64,000 nucleotides of DNA from positions 2,048,001 through 2,112,000 of the forward strand of contig OZ250172.1 in assembly GCA_965237905.1 (NCBI GenBank), given 5' to 3'. The notes beneath the pieces were generated by a model that had not been told where the DNA came from, made no database searches, and saw only the letters and a program-made list of their open reading frames with translations. This stretch comes from Nitrospinaceae bacterium. GTDB taxonomy: Bacteria > Nitrospinota > Nitrospinia > Nitrospinales > Nitrospinaceae. Positions within the stretch are counted from its first letter, which is position 1, and every line of letters starts with the position of its first letter. This document shows positions 48,256 through 58,774 of this stretch, one piece after another. The position numbers and the translations under genes are program-made.

Positions 48256-49017
48256 ATGGTCGATACCTTTGCCAAAGAAGTAGATTGTGTCTTATGTCAG
48301 GAACGTTTCAGTCCCGTTATTGAACCGCAAGAAGACAAAGCGTTCTACGATATCCATTGCACCTCCTGTGTCAAATGGGTCCGGATCGGGAAGTCCGACC
48401 CTGTGCGAATGACACTCCGGCGCCTCCTGAAGCTGGAAGGTGAGCCCCTGGCTTTAGCGGTTCAGAACTACCTCGCCGCGTGCCCCTGCGGCAACGAGTT
48501 CAGTCACGATGCCGGCAAACGATGCCCGGCTTGTATCCATAAAATCAAAAAAGAAATCCATCCCAATCATGCTGCTACTGCCAGCGAGTTCCACTGCATT
48601 TGGAATATTGGAAAACTCAAAGAAATCGAAGGCAAAATTTTTGAGGCTATTCTCGACCGGTTGGATTCGGAGGAAGAAAACCTCAATCAGCTGATCGCGC
48701 GGTATGAGAGCGGGGAAATCGGTCCCGGCCCCTACATGGGAGGTGTGGAAAATATTCAAGCCCGTGAAGCGACCGAGGTGGCCTTTGTCAAGACTTGGGG
48801 TATGCTCGCCGGACCCGAAATGGCTTTCCGCGCCGCAGAGGAACACGGGCTGGCGATTCACTACGGGTCACGCATTCTGGTGAGTATCGCGGCTGGACTG
48901 GAGATGGGATACGGCACCTCTATCCTGATCACCCTGTCAAATGAAGAAAAAAATATGGACGGCCCGGCAAAAAAGGAAATTCAAATCTTTCTCAAGAAAA
49001 TTGCAGGCGGGTTTTAA
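48256..49017 (+). CDS. Hypothetical protein with Cys-rich (probable Zn-binding) N-terminal half
   Basis: CVLC, CTSC, CPC, CPAC; GGGAG RBS before ATG 48256. Confidence 0.75.
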   Translation: MVDTFAKEVDCVLCQERFSPVIEPQEDKAFYDIHCTSCVKWVRIGKSDPVRMTLRRLLKLEGEPLALAVQNYLAACPCGNEFSHDAGKRCPACIHKIKKEIHPNHAATASEFHCIWNIGKLKEIEGKIFEAILDRLDSEEENLNQLIARYESGEIGPGPYMGGVENIQAREATEVAFVKTWGMLAGPEMAFRAAEEHGLAIHYGSRILVSIAAGLEMGYGTSILITLSNEEKNMDGPAKKEIQIFLKKIAGGF

Positions 49018-49100
49018 GGTTTCTGCAACTTTTTCTGGAACTTTTTGTGATTAGGAGTATCTTAATCATGAACGTCATAGTTCTCTCCCTGTTTAGCTCC

Positions 49101-49128
49101 ACGCCCCGGAAACGGGGCGTTTTTTTTG
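49101..49128 (+). terminator. Rho-independent terminator
   Basis: ACGCCCCG-GAAA-CGGGGCGT followed by a T tract, between convergent genes. Confidence 0.85.
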
Positions 49129-49135
49129 CCCCGCG

Positions 49136-52100
49136 CTATTTCTCTTTGTTATCGCTAACCTGGATTCGTATTTCTGCCCTGTTCGCCCGGATTTCAGGAA
49201 TGTACATGGCGTGTCCCAGAACCGGGAGCGCGTGGAACCGGCCCGGCGTTTCAGCGCGCAGGGTGTACCGAATCTGCCAGACCCCCTGCGGCAGTTTATC
49301 GATGAATAGCGCCACTTTACGGTCGCGCAATTCCTGGTACACCCACCGGTTCCGCCCCGTGTAATCCGAGTTGGGAGTGGGAGGCACCGGGATGGGAATA
49401 GACCTCATGCTTCTCGTTGGCGAGGATTTTCCGCCCGGGAGAGTAGAATTCTGCGAATCTCGTAAAGTCCGTTTCACGGCCGACTGTTTCAATTCCTGCG
49501 CGTAGAGTGTTTCGCCGCTTTTGATCTGTACCGCCTCCAGCCCTGCCGGTTTCAAATCTTCAAAGATCAGATATTCGTAATGGTTTTTGGCCTCAATTGT
49601 AAGAACCGTTTCGATGCGCTCGCCGCTCGTTACCGTCTCCCCGTCATTGAGCGGCACCTTGTCGTAAATGTAGCCTTTGAGCAGGGTCGGACGCCCCACC
49701 AGTTTGTAATACTGCCGCCGGACGAAAACTTCATTACCCGCCGCGTTGATGGGTTCCTCCAGGCTGAAAAATTCAGCATTCGCGGCAAAGTACAACGGAC
49801 CCTCCCCGCTTTTCCGGATCAGGCGGATGGTATTGACGCCGTCTTTGATCCGCTTGGAGTCGATCTCAAACCGGCTGGGCGCGCGTAGCACGTCCTTCAC
49901 TTTCTGCGTGGTGACGGTCTTGCCGTTGACCTGTAATTCGTATTCGATGCCGCCTTTCAGCTCGCCACTGGTTTTGAGGTATTGGTTCATCGCCAGCACC
50001 ACAATGGCGGTGTCACGCGTGTTGCTCCAGTTGGCGCCACGCCGGTTCTTGATGAGCCAGTTCATGACCGGTTCCACCAGCTTGTTTTTGGGATCGATGG
50101 TGAGCAGGGCGCGCAAGGCAAACGCTGTCGCTTCCACTCCGCCATTCGACCACCGGTAAAAGATACCGTCCTCTCCCCAATGTGCCGTCGCCATCACCCC
50201 TTGTTGGGATTTTTTCAAGCCGCGCTGGATGATGGAGGTGTCCGGCGTTTTATCGACAATGACTCCGTTCTCCAGATTCTCGATCAGCGTTTTGGCCCGT
50301 CTCTTATCTCCATAATGATGCGCCGCCAGGGCCAGCAGGGAGCGGGTATAGGCGTTGAGGCGGCTTTTATGTTTCCACAGGTTACCGAACGCCTTGCTCT
50401 GGAACTTGTCAACGCGTTTGAGTCTGGCGGTGGAGTGATACACCGAAAGTGCGTGGAGTACCCACGCCTGCAGATCGTGTTGCTCCTCCGCTTCCACCAG
50501 CTCCTTGTTGAGAAACCGGTAGGCGCGTTTGAGAACGTTGCGGTCGACTCCAATCCCCGATTGCCGAGCCAGGCTCAGTCCCCATAGTACATACGCGGAC
50601 ATGAAATGATCGCTCTCGCCTTTCTTCCACCAGCCCCAGCCGCCGTCGCTGTGTTGAAAATCATACAGGCGGTCAAGACCGCTCCGGGTCATGGCATCCA
50701 GCTCGGCAATGTTCTTTTTGCCTTTGGGATGGGTTTTGCCGCTGTGCTGGGTTTCGATGCCGCCGAACACCTTGTCCCGGATAGAGCCGGGCTTGAGTCC
50801 CTGATCCATCAGCGTTTTGGTCACGATCACCGCCGGTAGGAACCGGCTGAGCGTCTGCTCGGTACACCCGTAGGGATAATCGATCAGATAGGGCAGGGCG
50901 TCGAGCATCGTCACTGCCAGGCTGGGTGTGACCTGAACGCTGACCCGGGTCGAATCCTTTTTGCGTTCTTTCGGAATGTTGAGTTTGACAGTCACATCAC
51001 TCCCGCGCATTTTACCGGAGGCGGCGAGGAATTTTTCGATGCCGTGTTCATGGATGATAAAACTCTTCTCCATGGCGTCGCCCTGTTTGGACGATTTCGC
51101 TGAAACGCGGATTTTGGCGTGACCCGCTTGCGCAACGGATACCAGCCAATCCACTCGCCGCTCGCCATGCGCTGGAACCTTGGTCGGGCCGATCTTCCCC
51201 TTTACAGACTTGCCGGAGCGGTCGAGGTGACCGAGGACATTCAATCCCTGCGCGTTCAGGGAAGGACGGACGATCATTTCATTATCGGTATTGTTGTTGA
51301 TGATGGCGGACAGGGTCAGGTGATCCCCCACCACGAAGAAACGCGGTGCCTGCAGACGGACGATCAACGGGTTCTGCGTGCGGACCTTGGCGGTGTCGAT
51401 GCCGAACTGGTTGGTCCTGGAGACCGCCCTCGCGGTGGCGCGCCACTGGGTCAAGGAATCGGCGAACTGGATCTTGACCGTGGCTTTGCCGTCCTTCCCG
51501 GTTTTGATACTCGGTTTCCATAGAATGGTACTGCGGAAATCCGATCGCACCTGCACGGCCGGTTCCTCCTGCCCCGGAGCTGGAGATTGTCTCCCGCCTT
51601 CGCGTTTGGAATATCCTTCTTTGTTGTCGGCAAAGGATTCTTCGGCCCGTACTTCCGAAGAGGCCATGGGTGCGTTGGCACTCAGGGATTTTTTAGCGCG
51701 AGCGCTATATAGGTAATTTCCTCTCGAGCTATCCATAGCTCCACCTAAATCACCTTTACCTCCCGAGAAGCCCCCTCCCAGGACGCCATCTTTTCTCTTT
51801 TCAAGTTTTGCCAGGCGCTTCATTTGGAATGAGCTTTGTAGGCGAATGCGCTGGGCACGCTTTTGGCCGTAGAAGAATTGCCGCGGGTCCGGGGCCAGCT
51901 CCTTCTGGATGTAATAGACCGCTTCATCGACCAGTCCTACCGCCACCTCGGTGGATACAGGTTTGCCTTTGTGATTGCGTGCGGTGACGGTCAAAGTACC
52001 TTCCTCGCGCGGCTGGTATTGGTCGCGGTCGAGCTTCACCGAAACGTTGAGGAAATTTTTAATCGGCGGGACTATCACCTGCTTGCGGTCGCTGAAAATT

Positions 52101-55100
52101 TGGTGGTCGCTCACCATCACCCCGTTCAGAAAAACGTTGGGAACGTGTTTCTCCTCAATATCCAATTGAATCAGTTTCACCGTACCCGTCAGGTGCACCA
52201 GTTGATAACTGTACAGATCGTCCGCCTCCACGCTGAACAGGACATAGCGGTCGTTCGTCGGCGCAACGATCATCACCGGTGCTTTTTGCCCGGCGCGGAA
52301 GGTGTCCTTGTCGACGATGATCTCGAGGCCGCCGTGGCGGTATCCCAGTTCCGTCGTGGCGTTGTCGGCGACCCAGACGGTGGTTTCGCCTTTAACGGGC
52401 AGGGATTTCTTGTCCGTTTGGGAGGTCCAGGCGATGCGGTAATACCCCTGGTTGGCCGCCGTAAAGGTCAACGCCGCTTCGCCCTGGGCATCGGTTTTCA
52501 CGGTCCGTGTCAGGATGTCATCGTGCTGGTATCCCCTGAACTTGAGTTTCCAGCCGGGACCGCCGGGTTGTGTCGGCGGTGGGGGAAAGATGGCTTTATC
52601 CCGGCGCAATCGCTCGAGTGCTTTGCCCTGCACTTCCCTGCCATTGGGATCGAGCCAGATTTCGTACCAGACGTCGCGTGTGACGTGCACGGTGCCTTTC
52701 GTCTCAACCGGCTGGCTGTTGGCATCCAGCGCCTTGATGTTGACTTGCACCTTGTCCTGCGGACGGTACAGGTTGTGTTCGTTGTTGAGGTAGACGTAAT
52801 AGGGCTGGCGCGTCACCTGTACGGTTCCCCGGGAGATGACTTCGCGGCGTGACAGGTCGGTCACCCGCGCCTCAATGGTGTACTGCAAATCCTGATTCTG
52901 CCGCTGGCTCTGGAAGGTGAGATGGGCGTTGCCCTCCGCATCGGTTTTGATCACTTCACGTTTGATCTGCTGGCCCTGACCCCAATAGCGTTGGGAGCGG
53001 GAGAACATATCCTGGTAATACCAGGGAAACTTCGGCTGGGGATGCCAGCTATGATAAAACGGCCTTTGATAAACGACGACCTCGACATTAGCATTGGCCA
53101 CCGGACCGCCGAAATAATACTCGGCGTTGATGTCGACTTCCACCATATCGCCCAGCTGAAAGGTTTTCTTTTTGCCGTTCTCCTCCGGGGTCTGAACCGA
53201 TACTTTGAACTCCGGCAGTTTGTATTCTTCCAGCCGAAACAAGACCGCGTTGCCGATATGTTTTTTCCGTCCTTTCGTCCAGAAGGTGACGCGATATTCG
53301 CCCAATGGAGTTTTTTCTGAAAGCTTGAGAGCATCCCACGCGCTACCAAATTCGTTGAGCTTCAGTTTGCCTTTCTTGAGCTTGGAACCGCGCGGATCGG
53401 TGATTTCATATTCCAGCGTTGCATTGGAGGGCGTTTTATATACTGAGCCGTTGTAGGTGCGGGCGGTCAGTTTCCATTGTGGGGTCTCGTTGGGGCGATA
53501 GGCGGGCCGGTCGGTGGTCACATAAAGTTTCCAGGAAGCCTTCTGATGATAATATCTCTGGTTGTATCCGCTGACGAACGCCTGCTGGTCTTTGAGAGCC
53601 GCGCCCACAAACAATTCGGAATTGTTACGCTCGCCTTCCAGATTGAACACCGCGAGGCCGTCTTTGTTTGTTTTAGCCGTTTGATCGTCCCACACCCATT
53701 TGCGTCCGCTGTAGTGCCGCTCGTGCAGATGGATCCGGGCGTTGGCCAAAGGCGCTCCGTTCCGGGAATCGGCGAAATAAACCAACGCTCGTTTGCCGGA
53801 GGTTTTGAGGACCAGCGCCGACTCGGTGACCAGAACGATCTCCCGCGTTTTCTCGCCACCCCCGGTGGCCTCCAGGAGGTAGGCTCCCAGCGGCAGTTTC
53901 TTGTCGAGCTCCAAAACTTTCGACCCGGGATGATATTCTTTTTTGTTCTCGAGATCTTCGTGCCAGGATTTCACTTTTTTGACTTTGAACAGATTGATTC
54001 CGTACAGCCACGAGCTGACATTTTTTTTGTTGGGGAAATCGACATCCTTCGAAAGGTTTATCTTGTATAAAGACAAACGCACCTTGTCGATATTGCGCCA
54101 GTTCAGGTTGACCCGGATCAGTGAATCGGGCAGAAAGAAGCTGGAAGCGTTCAAATTGAGCGTGGCTTTGATAATATTTTTGACGTTGTTTCTGGCGCTG
54201 TCGTAGTGCCGGGTCTCGCCTTTTTTGAAATCGTTGAGGATGCGCCGAAAATACTTCAGGGCCTTCTTGTAGTTCTGTTCCCGGCGTTGTTGTCCGTTGG
54301 CCATAATGATGATTTCACCGGAGCCGGACAGCCATTCGGCGTAATAGTAAAGCGCGTCGTCGTACCATTCGCTGGACTTCCCCGATCCAATCACGGCTTC
54401 AAAAGATTCCGGAACGCGTTGCTGTTGATAGAGGTTGCCCTGACGCCTCAGGGCCATGGCGATCAGGTAATGGGCGTGGACACGGTCGGATTTCGTTTTT
54501 GCGATTTTAAGCGCGTTCTCTAAAAAATTAACGGGAATATAGTTTCCGTAGTACCCGTAATAAAAATAGCGTTCCCGGTTGGGCGGGGTAGCGGCGTTCC
54601 ATATGAGTTTGAGGTACCGTTGGCGGGCCAGGTCGATATCCGCCGCGCCACCCCACCAGTCCAGCGCTTTCTGGTAATGCGCCCACGCGGCGCTCCAGTT
54701 GCGGGAATTGCGCGGAAACCACCACGAGTCGCCCAAGGATTCCTGAATCTCCACCCAGAGGCGGTCCTGTTGCTCGGTTCGCACTTGATCGCGGATCATT
54801 TTCTGGAGTTTCCCCCGGGCCTGCTCCAGTTTGGAGCGGTCGGGATTGTTCGTGCCTGCCTGCGACCGCCACAGCGTATCCGCGACCCGGAAATCGACCC
54901 ATCGCTTGTCCGGTGGTGACAGATCGAGTTTCTGCGCCTTCAAGAACACTTCGTGAGCTTTGGCAAACGATCCTTTTTGGAAATACGACTCCCCCTGATT
55001 TTTGAGGAAACCATAGGCCCCTTCCTTGACCGTAGCCGCCGGAGCGTCGGACAATCCTGCTACCGATAGAAATAGGGAAATGAATATTAATTTGAGAAGA

Positions 55101-55120
55101 GCGGGTTTTCGGGAAGTCAT
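49136..55120 (-). CDS. Bacterial alpha-2-macroglobulin family protein (about 1990 aa) with N-terminal helical/TPR-like region
   Basis: Signal peptide; TDRPAYRP, EEYKLPEF, VRSDF, DSLTQWR, thioester motif YPYGCTEQ, DGGWGWW, WSNTRDT, ELRD, AMYIPE. Confidence 0.93.
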   Translation of the reverse strand: MTSRKPALLKLIFISLFLSVAGLSDAPAATVKEGAYGFLKNQGESYFQKGSFAKAHEVFLKAQKLDLSPPDKRWVDFRVADTLWRSQAGTNNPDRSKLEQARGKLQKMIRDQVRTEQQDRLWVEIQESLGDSWWFPRNSRNWSAAWAHYQKALDWWGGAADIDLARQRYLKLIWNAATPPNRERYFYYGYYGNYIPVNFLENALKIAKTKSDRVHAHYLIAMALRRQGNLYQQQRVPESFEAVIGSGKSSEWYDDALYYYAEWLSGSGEIIIMANGQQRREQNYKKALKYFRRILNDFKKGETRHYDSARNNVKNIIKATLNLNASSFFLPDSLIRVNLNWRNIDKVRLSLYKINLSKDVDFPNKKNVSSWLYGINLFKVKKVKSWHEDLENKKEYHPGSKVLELDKKLPLGAYLLEATGGGEKTREIVLVTESALVLKTSGKRALVYFADSRNGAPLANARIHLHERHYSGRKWVWDDQTAKTNKDGLAVFNLEGERNNSELFVGAALKDQQAFVSGYNQRYYHQKASWKLYVTTDRPAYRPNETPQWKLTARTYNGSVYKTPSNATLEYEITDPRGSKLKKGKLKLNEFGSAWDALKLSEKTPLGEYRVTFWTKGRKKHIGNAVLFRLEEYKLPEFKVSVQTPEENGKKKTFQLGDMVEVDINAEYYFGGPVANANVEVVVYQRPFYHSWHPQPKFPWYYQDMFSRSQRYWGQGQQIKREVIKTDAEGNAHLTFQSQRQNQDLQYTIEARVTDLSRREVISRGTVQVTRQPYYVYLNNEHNLYRPQDKVQVNIKALDANSQPVETKGTVHVTRDVWYEIWLDPNGREVQGKALERLRRDKAIFPPPPTQPGGPGWKLKFRGYQHDDILTRTVKTDAQGEAALTFTAANQGYYRIAWTSQTDKKSLPVKGETTVWVADNATTELGYRHGGLEIIVDKDTFRAGQKAPVMIVAPTNDRYVLFSVEADDLYSYQLVHLTGTVKLIQLDIEEKHVPNVFLNGVMVSDHQIFSDRKQVIVPPIKNFLNVSVKLDRDQYQPREEGTLTVTARNHKGKPVSTEVAVGLVDEAVYYIQKELAPDPRQFFYGQKRAQRIRLQSSFQMKRLAKLEKRKDGVLGGGFSGGKGDLGGAMDSSRGNYLYSARAKKSLSANAPMASSEVRAEESFADNKEGYSKREGGRQSPAPGQEEPAVQVRSDFRSTILWKPSIKTGKDGKATVKIQFADSLTQWRATARAVSRTNQFGIDTAKVRTQNPLIVRLQAPRFFVVGDHLTLSAIINNNTDNEMIVRPSLNAQGLNVLGHLDRSGKSVKGKIGPTKVPAHGERRVDWLVSVAQAGHAKIRVSAKSSKQGDAMEKSFIIHEHGIEKFLAASGKMRGSDVTVKLNIPKERKKDSTRVSVQVTPSLAVTMLDALPYLIDYPYGCTEQTLSRFLPAVIVTKTLMDQGLKPGSIRDKVFGGIETQHSGKTHPKGKKNIAELDAMTRSGLDRLYDFQHSDGGWGWWKKGESDHFMSAYVLWGLSLARQSGIGVDRNVLKRAYRFLNKELVEAEEQHDLQAWVLHALSVYHSTARLKRVDKFQSKAFGNLWKHKSRLNAYTRSLLALAAHHYGDKRRAKTLIENLENGVIVDKTPDTSIIQRGLKKSQQGVMATAHWGEDGIFYRWSNGGVEATAFALRALLTIDPKNKLVEPVMNWLIKNRRGANWSNTRDTAIVVLAMNQYLKTSGELKGGIEYELQVNGKTVTTQKVKDVLRAPSRFEIDSKRIKDGVNTIRLIRKSGEGPLYFAANAEFFSLEEPINAAGNEVFVRRQYYKLVGRPTLLKGYIYDKVPLNDGETVTSGERIETVLTIEAKNHYEYLIFEDLKPAGLEAVQIKSGETLYAQELKQSAVKRTLRDSQNSTLPGGKSSPTRSMRSIPIPVPPTPNSDYTGRNRWVYQELRDRKVALFIDKLPQGVWQIRYTLRAETPGRFHALPVLGHAMYIPEIRANRAEIRIQVSDNKEK

Positions 55121-55157
55121 AAGAATCTCCAATAAATCCGGTTACCGGTAAGTCCGG

Positions 55158-56036
55158 TTAACGGACAAAAGGGTTGACCGTGGATTCCACGGATGCCAGA
55201 TACGAACCTCCAAATAAGTTGAGATGATTGAGCAAGTGGTAGAGGTTGTATATTTGTTTTCTCTCCTCGTAACCGGGATTTTTGGGAAACGCTTCCCGGT
55301 AGGCGTCATAGAATGATTGGGGAAGGCGGCCAAACAGTTCCGTCATGGCCAGGTCGGTTTCGCGCAGGCCGAAGTGCACCGCCGGGTCCACCAGACAGGG
55401 GCGTCCCGCGCTGTCGGCGAAGGTGTTGCCCGACCACAAATCGCCGTGGACCAGCGCCGGTTGTTCGCCGGACAGATCGAGCCGTTGATCCAATTGATCG
55501 CAGAGTCGATCAATTTTTTTATCGGTAGCCACCGGGAGCAATCCCTTTTCCCGCGCCAGTTTCTGCTGGAAGCCCAGCCGGTGTTCGCGAAAAAATTCCA
55601 GGCCGTCCGTTGCCGGCGTATTGATTTGCTCGGTGGAGCCGATGAAGTTGTCGTGATCCAGTCCGTAGTGATCCTGCGTGGTGCGGTGCATGGACGCGAG
55701 GGCTTGTCCGAAGTGTTCGTAATAACCGTTGCCGGGGTTTCCTGCTTCGATGTATTCGATGACGAGAAATTGCGGATTCGGATCGTCGGGCAGGGCGACC
55801 ACTTTGGGAATGCGCGGACCGTTTTTCGCCTCGCGTAGCAGGTTCAATCCCCGCGCTTCTTTTTCAAACATGCCGTGGGGCGGGTGATCGTTATGCTTCA
55901 GAAAAACCGTCTCACCGTTGGAGAGGGTCAGGGCCAGCGTCTGGTTGATGCATCCCCCGCCGATGGACCGGCGGGACTCAATACGTACGGGTTGGGCGTA
56001 TACGGTTTCCAGCAGGTCTCGGACTTGGTTGTTCAT
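55158..56036 (-). CDS. Fructosamine/ketosamine-3-kinase family protein
   Basis: GGGCIN, FLK, DNFIG, LVHGDLWSGN, DPA, ETDLAMTELFG, YNLYHLLNHLNLFG. Confidence 0.95.
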   Translation of the reverse strand: MNNQVRDLLETVYAQPVRIESRRSIGGGCINQTLALTLSNGETVFLKHNDHPPHGMFEKEARGLNLLREAKNGPRIPKVVALPDDPNPQFLVIEYIEAGNPGNGYYEHFGQALASMHRTTQDHYGLDHDNFIGSTEQINTPATDGLEFFREHRLGFQQKLAREKGLLPVATDKKIDRLCDQLDQRLDLSGEQPALVHGDLWSGNTFADSAGRPCLVDPAVHFGLRETDLAMTELFGRLPQSFYDAYREAFPKNPGYEERKQIYNLYHLLNHLNLFGGSYLASVESTVNPFVR

Positions 56037-56039
56037 GGA

Positions 56040-56531
56040 TTATTCCATTTGCGATCGGACGTATTCAAGAATCGGAGGGCAGGTCCGGTGCACGATTTGA
56101 AACACGTGTTCGAATCCGTCATCCCCTCCGTAATAAGGATCGGGTACATCCAGGTCGCCGTCGGCCTCCGGGTCAAAGGACCGGAACAATCGGATTTTTT
56201 TCGCGGCCATTTCCGGAGAACACAGGTATTCCATCGCTTCCAGATTCGACTGGTCCATGGCGAGAATGAGATCGAACCGGCGGATGTCCCCCGCCTGAAT
56301 CTGCTGGGCACGCGAGGTCAGTTGGACCCCTTTTTTACGGGCGGTGGCCTGCATACGGGCATCCGGCGAGGCACCGACGTGCCAGTTCCCGGTTCCCGCG
56401 GAATAGATAACTATTTGATTTTCAAGGCATTTTTCGTTTATTAAAGCCTGAAACACGCCCTCCGCCAAAGGTGAGCGGCAGATGTTTCCCAGGCAGACGA
56501 AGCAGATTTGAAAGGGTTTTGGAGCGGTCAT
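56040..56531 (-). CDS. Low molecular weight protein-tyrosine phosphatase
   Basis: VCLGNICRSP P-loop; SAGT; DVPDPYYG. Confidence 0.96.
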   Translation of the reverse strand: MTAPKPFQICFVCLGNICRSPLAEGVFQALINEKCLENQIVIYSAGTGNWHVGASPDARMQATARKKGVQLTSRAQQIQAGDIRRFDLILAMDQSNLEAMEYLCSPEMAAKKIRLFRSFDPEADGDLDVPDPYYGGDDGFEHVFQIVHRTCPPILEYVRSQME

Positions 56532-56711
56532 AGTATAAATTGATTTAGGAACGATTTCCGTTTAAGATTGCCCCTGCGTATTTGCTCAGGGTGGCCGGGA
56601 CCGGGTTTGCGTCGCCGGAATCGCTCTGGGTTTCACTTATTCTATGATACCGTCCTGCCCACTATCAACCTGCAATTTTGGGCTAAAATTCACCAAAAAA
56701 GAGACTGACCG

Positions 56712-58004
56712 TTGATCGAACGTTATACACTTCCCGAAATGGCGGCCATCTGGTCGCCGCAAAACAAGTTCCGCATCTGGCTGGATATTGAAGTCGCGGC
56801 CTGTGAAGCTCTGGCGAAGCGCAAGGAGATCCCCCAGTCGGCGGTGAACACTATCAAGAAGAAGGCCGGGTTCAATATCAAACGCATCGACGTCATCGAG
56901 AAAGAAGTGAAGCATGACGTGATCGCTTTTCTGACTTCGGTGGCGGAGCATGTGGGGGATGCCGCGCGGTACATGCATTTGGGGATGACGTCTTCCGATG
57001 TTCTGGATACCGCGCTGGCGGTGCAGTTGCAGGAAGCGGCGGACTTGATCCTGGACCAGTTGAAAAAATTCCGCGCGGTGTTGAAGAAGCAGGCCAAGCG
57101 GTACCAGAATACGCCGACCGTCGGGCGCTCGCACGGCATTCATGCCGAGCCGACCAGCTTCGGCCTGAAACTGGCTAACTGGTACGAAGAGGTGGGGCGC
57201 AACATTGAGCGGATGGAACAGGCGCGAAAGAGCATCAGCGTCGGGCAAATCTCCGGCGCGGTCGGGGTGTTCGCCAGTATCGATCCTGCGGTCGAAGCCT
57301 ATGTGTGTAAAAAACTGAAACTGAAACCCGCGCCGGTGTCCAGCCAGATCATTCAGCGGGATCGACACGCGGAGTATTTCACCACGCTGGCGATCATAGC
57401 GGGCACACTGGACAAATTCGCCGTGGAAATTCGTCACCTGCAACGCACGGAAGTTTTGGAAGCGGAGGAATTTTTCTCGAAAGGCCAGAAGGGGTCGTCG
57501 GCCATGCCGCACAAGCGCAATCCGGTGGTCTCAGAGCAGATGTCCGGTCTGGCGCGGCTGGTGCGGGGCAACGCTTTGGCGGCCATGGAGAACATGCCGC
57601 TGTGGCACGAGCGCGACATCAGCCATTCGTCGGTCGAGCGGGTGATCGGACCGGACAGCACCATCCTCGTCCATTACATGCTGACCAAGATGACGCGGCT
57701 GGTCGATCAGTTACTGGTCTATCCCAAAAATATGAAAAAGAATCTGGAACAGACCGGCGGCCTGATCTTTTCCGAGCATGTGCTGCTGGCGTTGACGCGT
57801 AAAGGCGTGGTGCGGGATCAGGCGTACCGCATGGTGCAACGCAACGCCATGCAGGTGTGGGAGCAGGGCGGGGATTTTCCGGCGTTGCTGAAACAGGACC
57901 AGGACATCAAACAGCATTTGAGCGACAAAGAAATCGACAAAGCGTTCGACATGAAAAACCATCTTAAAAACGTAAACAAAATCTTTAACCGGGTATTTAA
58001 ATAA
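56712..58004 (+). CDS. purB: Adenylosuccinate lyase
   Basis: MIERY, KHDVIAF, GRSHGIHAEP, GSSAMPHKRNP, WHERDISHSS. Confidence 0.97.
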   Translation: MIERYTLPEMAAIWSPQNKFRIWLDIEVAACEALAKRKEIPQSAVNTIKKKAGFNIKRIDVIEKEVKHDVIAFLTSVAEHVGDAARYMHLGMTSSDVLDTALAVQLQEAADLILDQLKKFRAVLKKQAKRYQNTPTVGRSHGIHAEPTSFGLKLANWYEEVGRNIERMEQARKSISVGQISGAVGVFASIDPAVEAYVCKKLKLKPAPVSSQIIQRDRHAEYFTTLAIIAGTLDKFAVEIRHLQRTEVLEAEEFFSKGQKGSSAMPHKRNPVVSEQMSGLARLVRGNALAAMENMPLWHERDISHSSVERVIGPDSTILVHYMLTKMTRLVDQLLVYPKNMKKNLEQTGGLIFSEHVLLALTRKGVVRDQAYRMVQRNAMQVWEQGGDFPALLKQDQDIKQHLSDKEIDKAFDMKNHLKNVNKIFNRVFK

Positions 58005-58729
58005 TGACTAAAGAAACCATGAAACGACAGGAACAGCTTTACGAAGGCAAAGCGAAGATCATCTATGCCACCGATGACCCGAATCTGGTGATCCAGTACT
58101 TCAAGGACGACGCCTCGGCGTTCAACGGCATCAAGAAGGGCACCATCGTGGACAAGGGCGTCATCAACAACCATGTCTCCACCACGATATTCAAATATCT
58201 GGAAGAGAAGGGTGTGCGTACCCACATGGTGGAGGAACTGAACGACCGCGAAATGCTGGTGAAGCGGCTGGAGATCATCCCGGTAGAAGTGGTGTTGCGC
58301 AACGTGGTGGCAGGAAGCCTGGCCAAGCGCATGGGCCTGGCGGAAGGCACGGCGATGAAGGCGCCGATCCTGGAGTTTTATTACAAGGACGACGATCTGG
58401 GCGATCCGATGATCAACGAGTACCACATTAAAGAATTCGGCCTCGCTACGGCAGAGGAAATTGAAATCCTGAGAAAACAGGGCTTCCTGATCAACGAGCT
58501 GTTGTTCGAGTTTTTCAAGCAGAGGAGCATCCGGCTGGTGGATTTCAAGCTGGAGTTCGGCCGTCACAAGGGCGAAGTGCTGTTGGGCGACGAGATCAGT
58601 CCGGACGGGTGCCGGTTCTGGCATTGGGAAACCGGTGAGAAGATGGACAAGGATCGCTTCCGGTTCAATCTGGGACAAGTGGAGGAGAAATACCAGGAAG
58701 TCTACCACCTCATCTGCGGTGATGCCTAA
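58004..58729 (+). CDS. purC: SAICAR synthase
   Basis: LYEGKAK, FKDDASAFNG, LVDFKLEFG, DEISPD, DKDRFR. Confidence 0.97.
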   Translation: MTKETMKRQEQLYEGKAKIIYATDDPNLVIQYFKDDASAFNGIKKGTIVDKGVINNHVSTTIFKYLEEKGVRTHMVEELNDREMLVKRLEIIPVEVVLRNVVAGSLAKRMGLAEGTAMKAPILEFYYKDDDLGDPMINEYHIKEFGLATAEEIEILRKQGFLINELLFEFFKQRSIRLVDFKLEFGRHKGEVLLGDEISPDGCRFWHWETGEKMDKDRFRFNLGQVEEKYQEVYHLICGDA

Positions 58730-58774
58730 GTTCCATCAACAATTCCCCAGTTTTATAATTCCTTGCAGGCGACT

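Noticed and set aside
56532..56711. Purine/ZTP/PRPP riboswitch upstream of purB
   Set aside because: No consensus core recognised.
56637..58708. Long antisense ORFs over purB and purC (likewise those over oadA, trkA, hflC and the A2M genes)
   Set aside because: Expected shadow frames of genes with strong codon bias.
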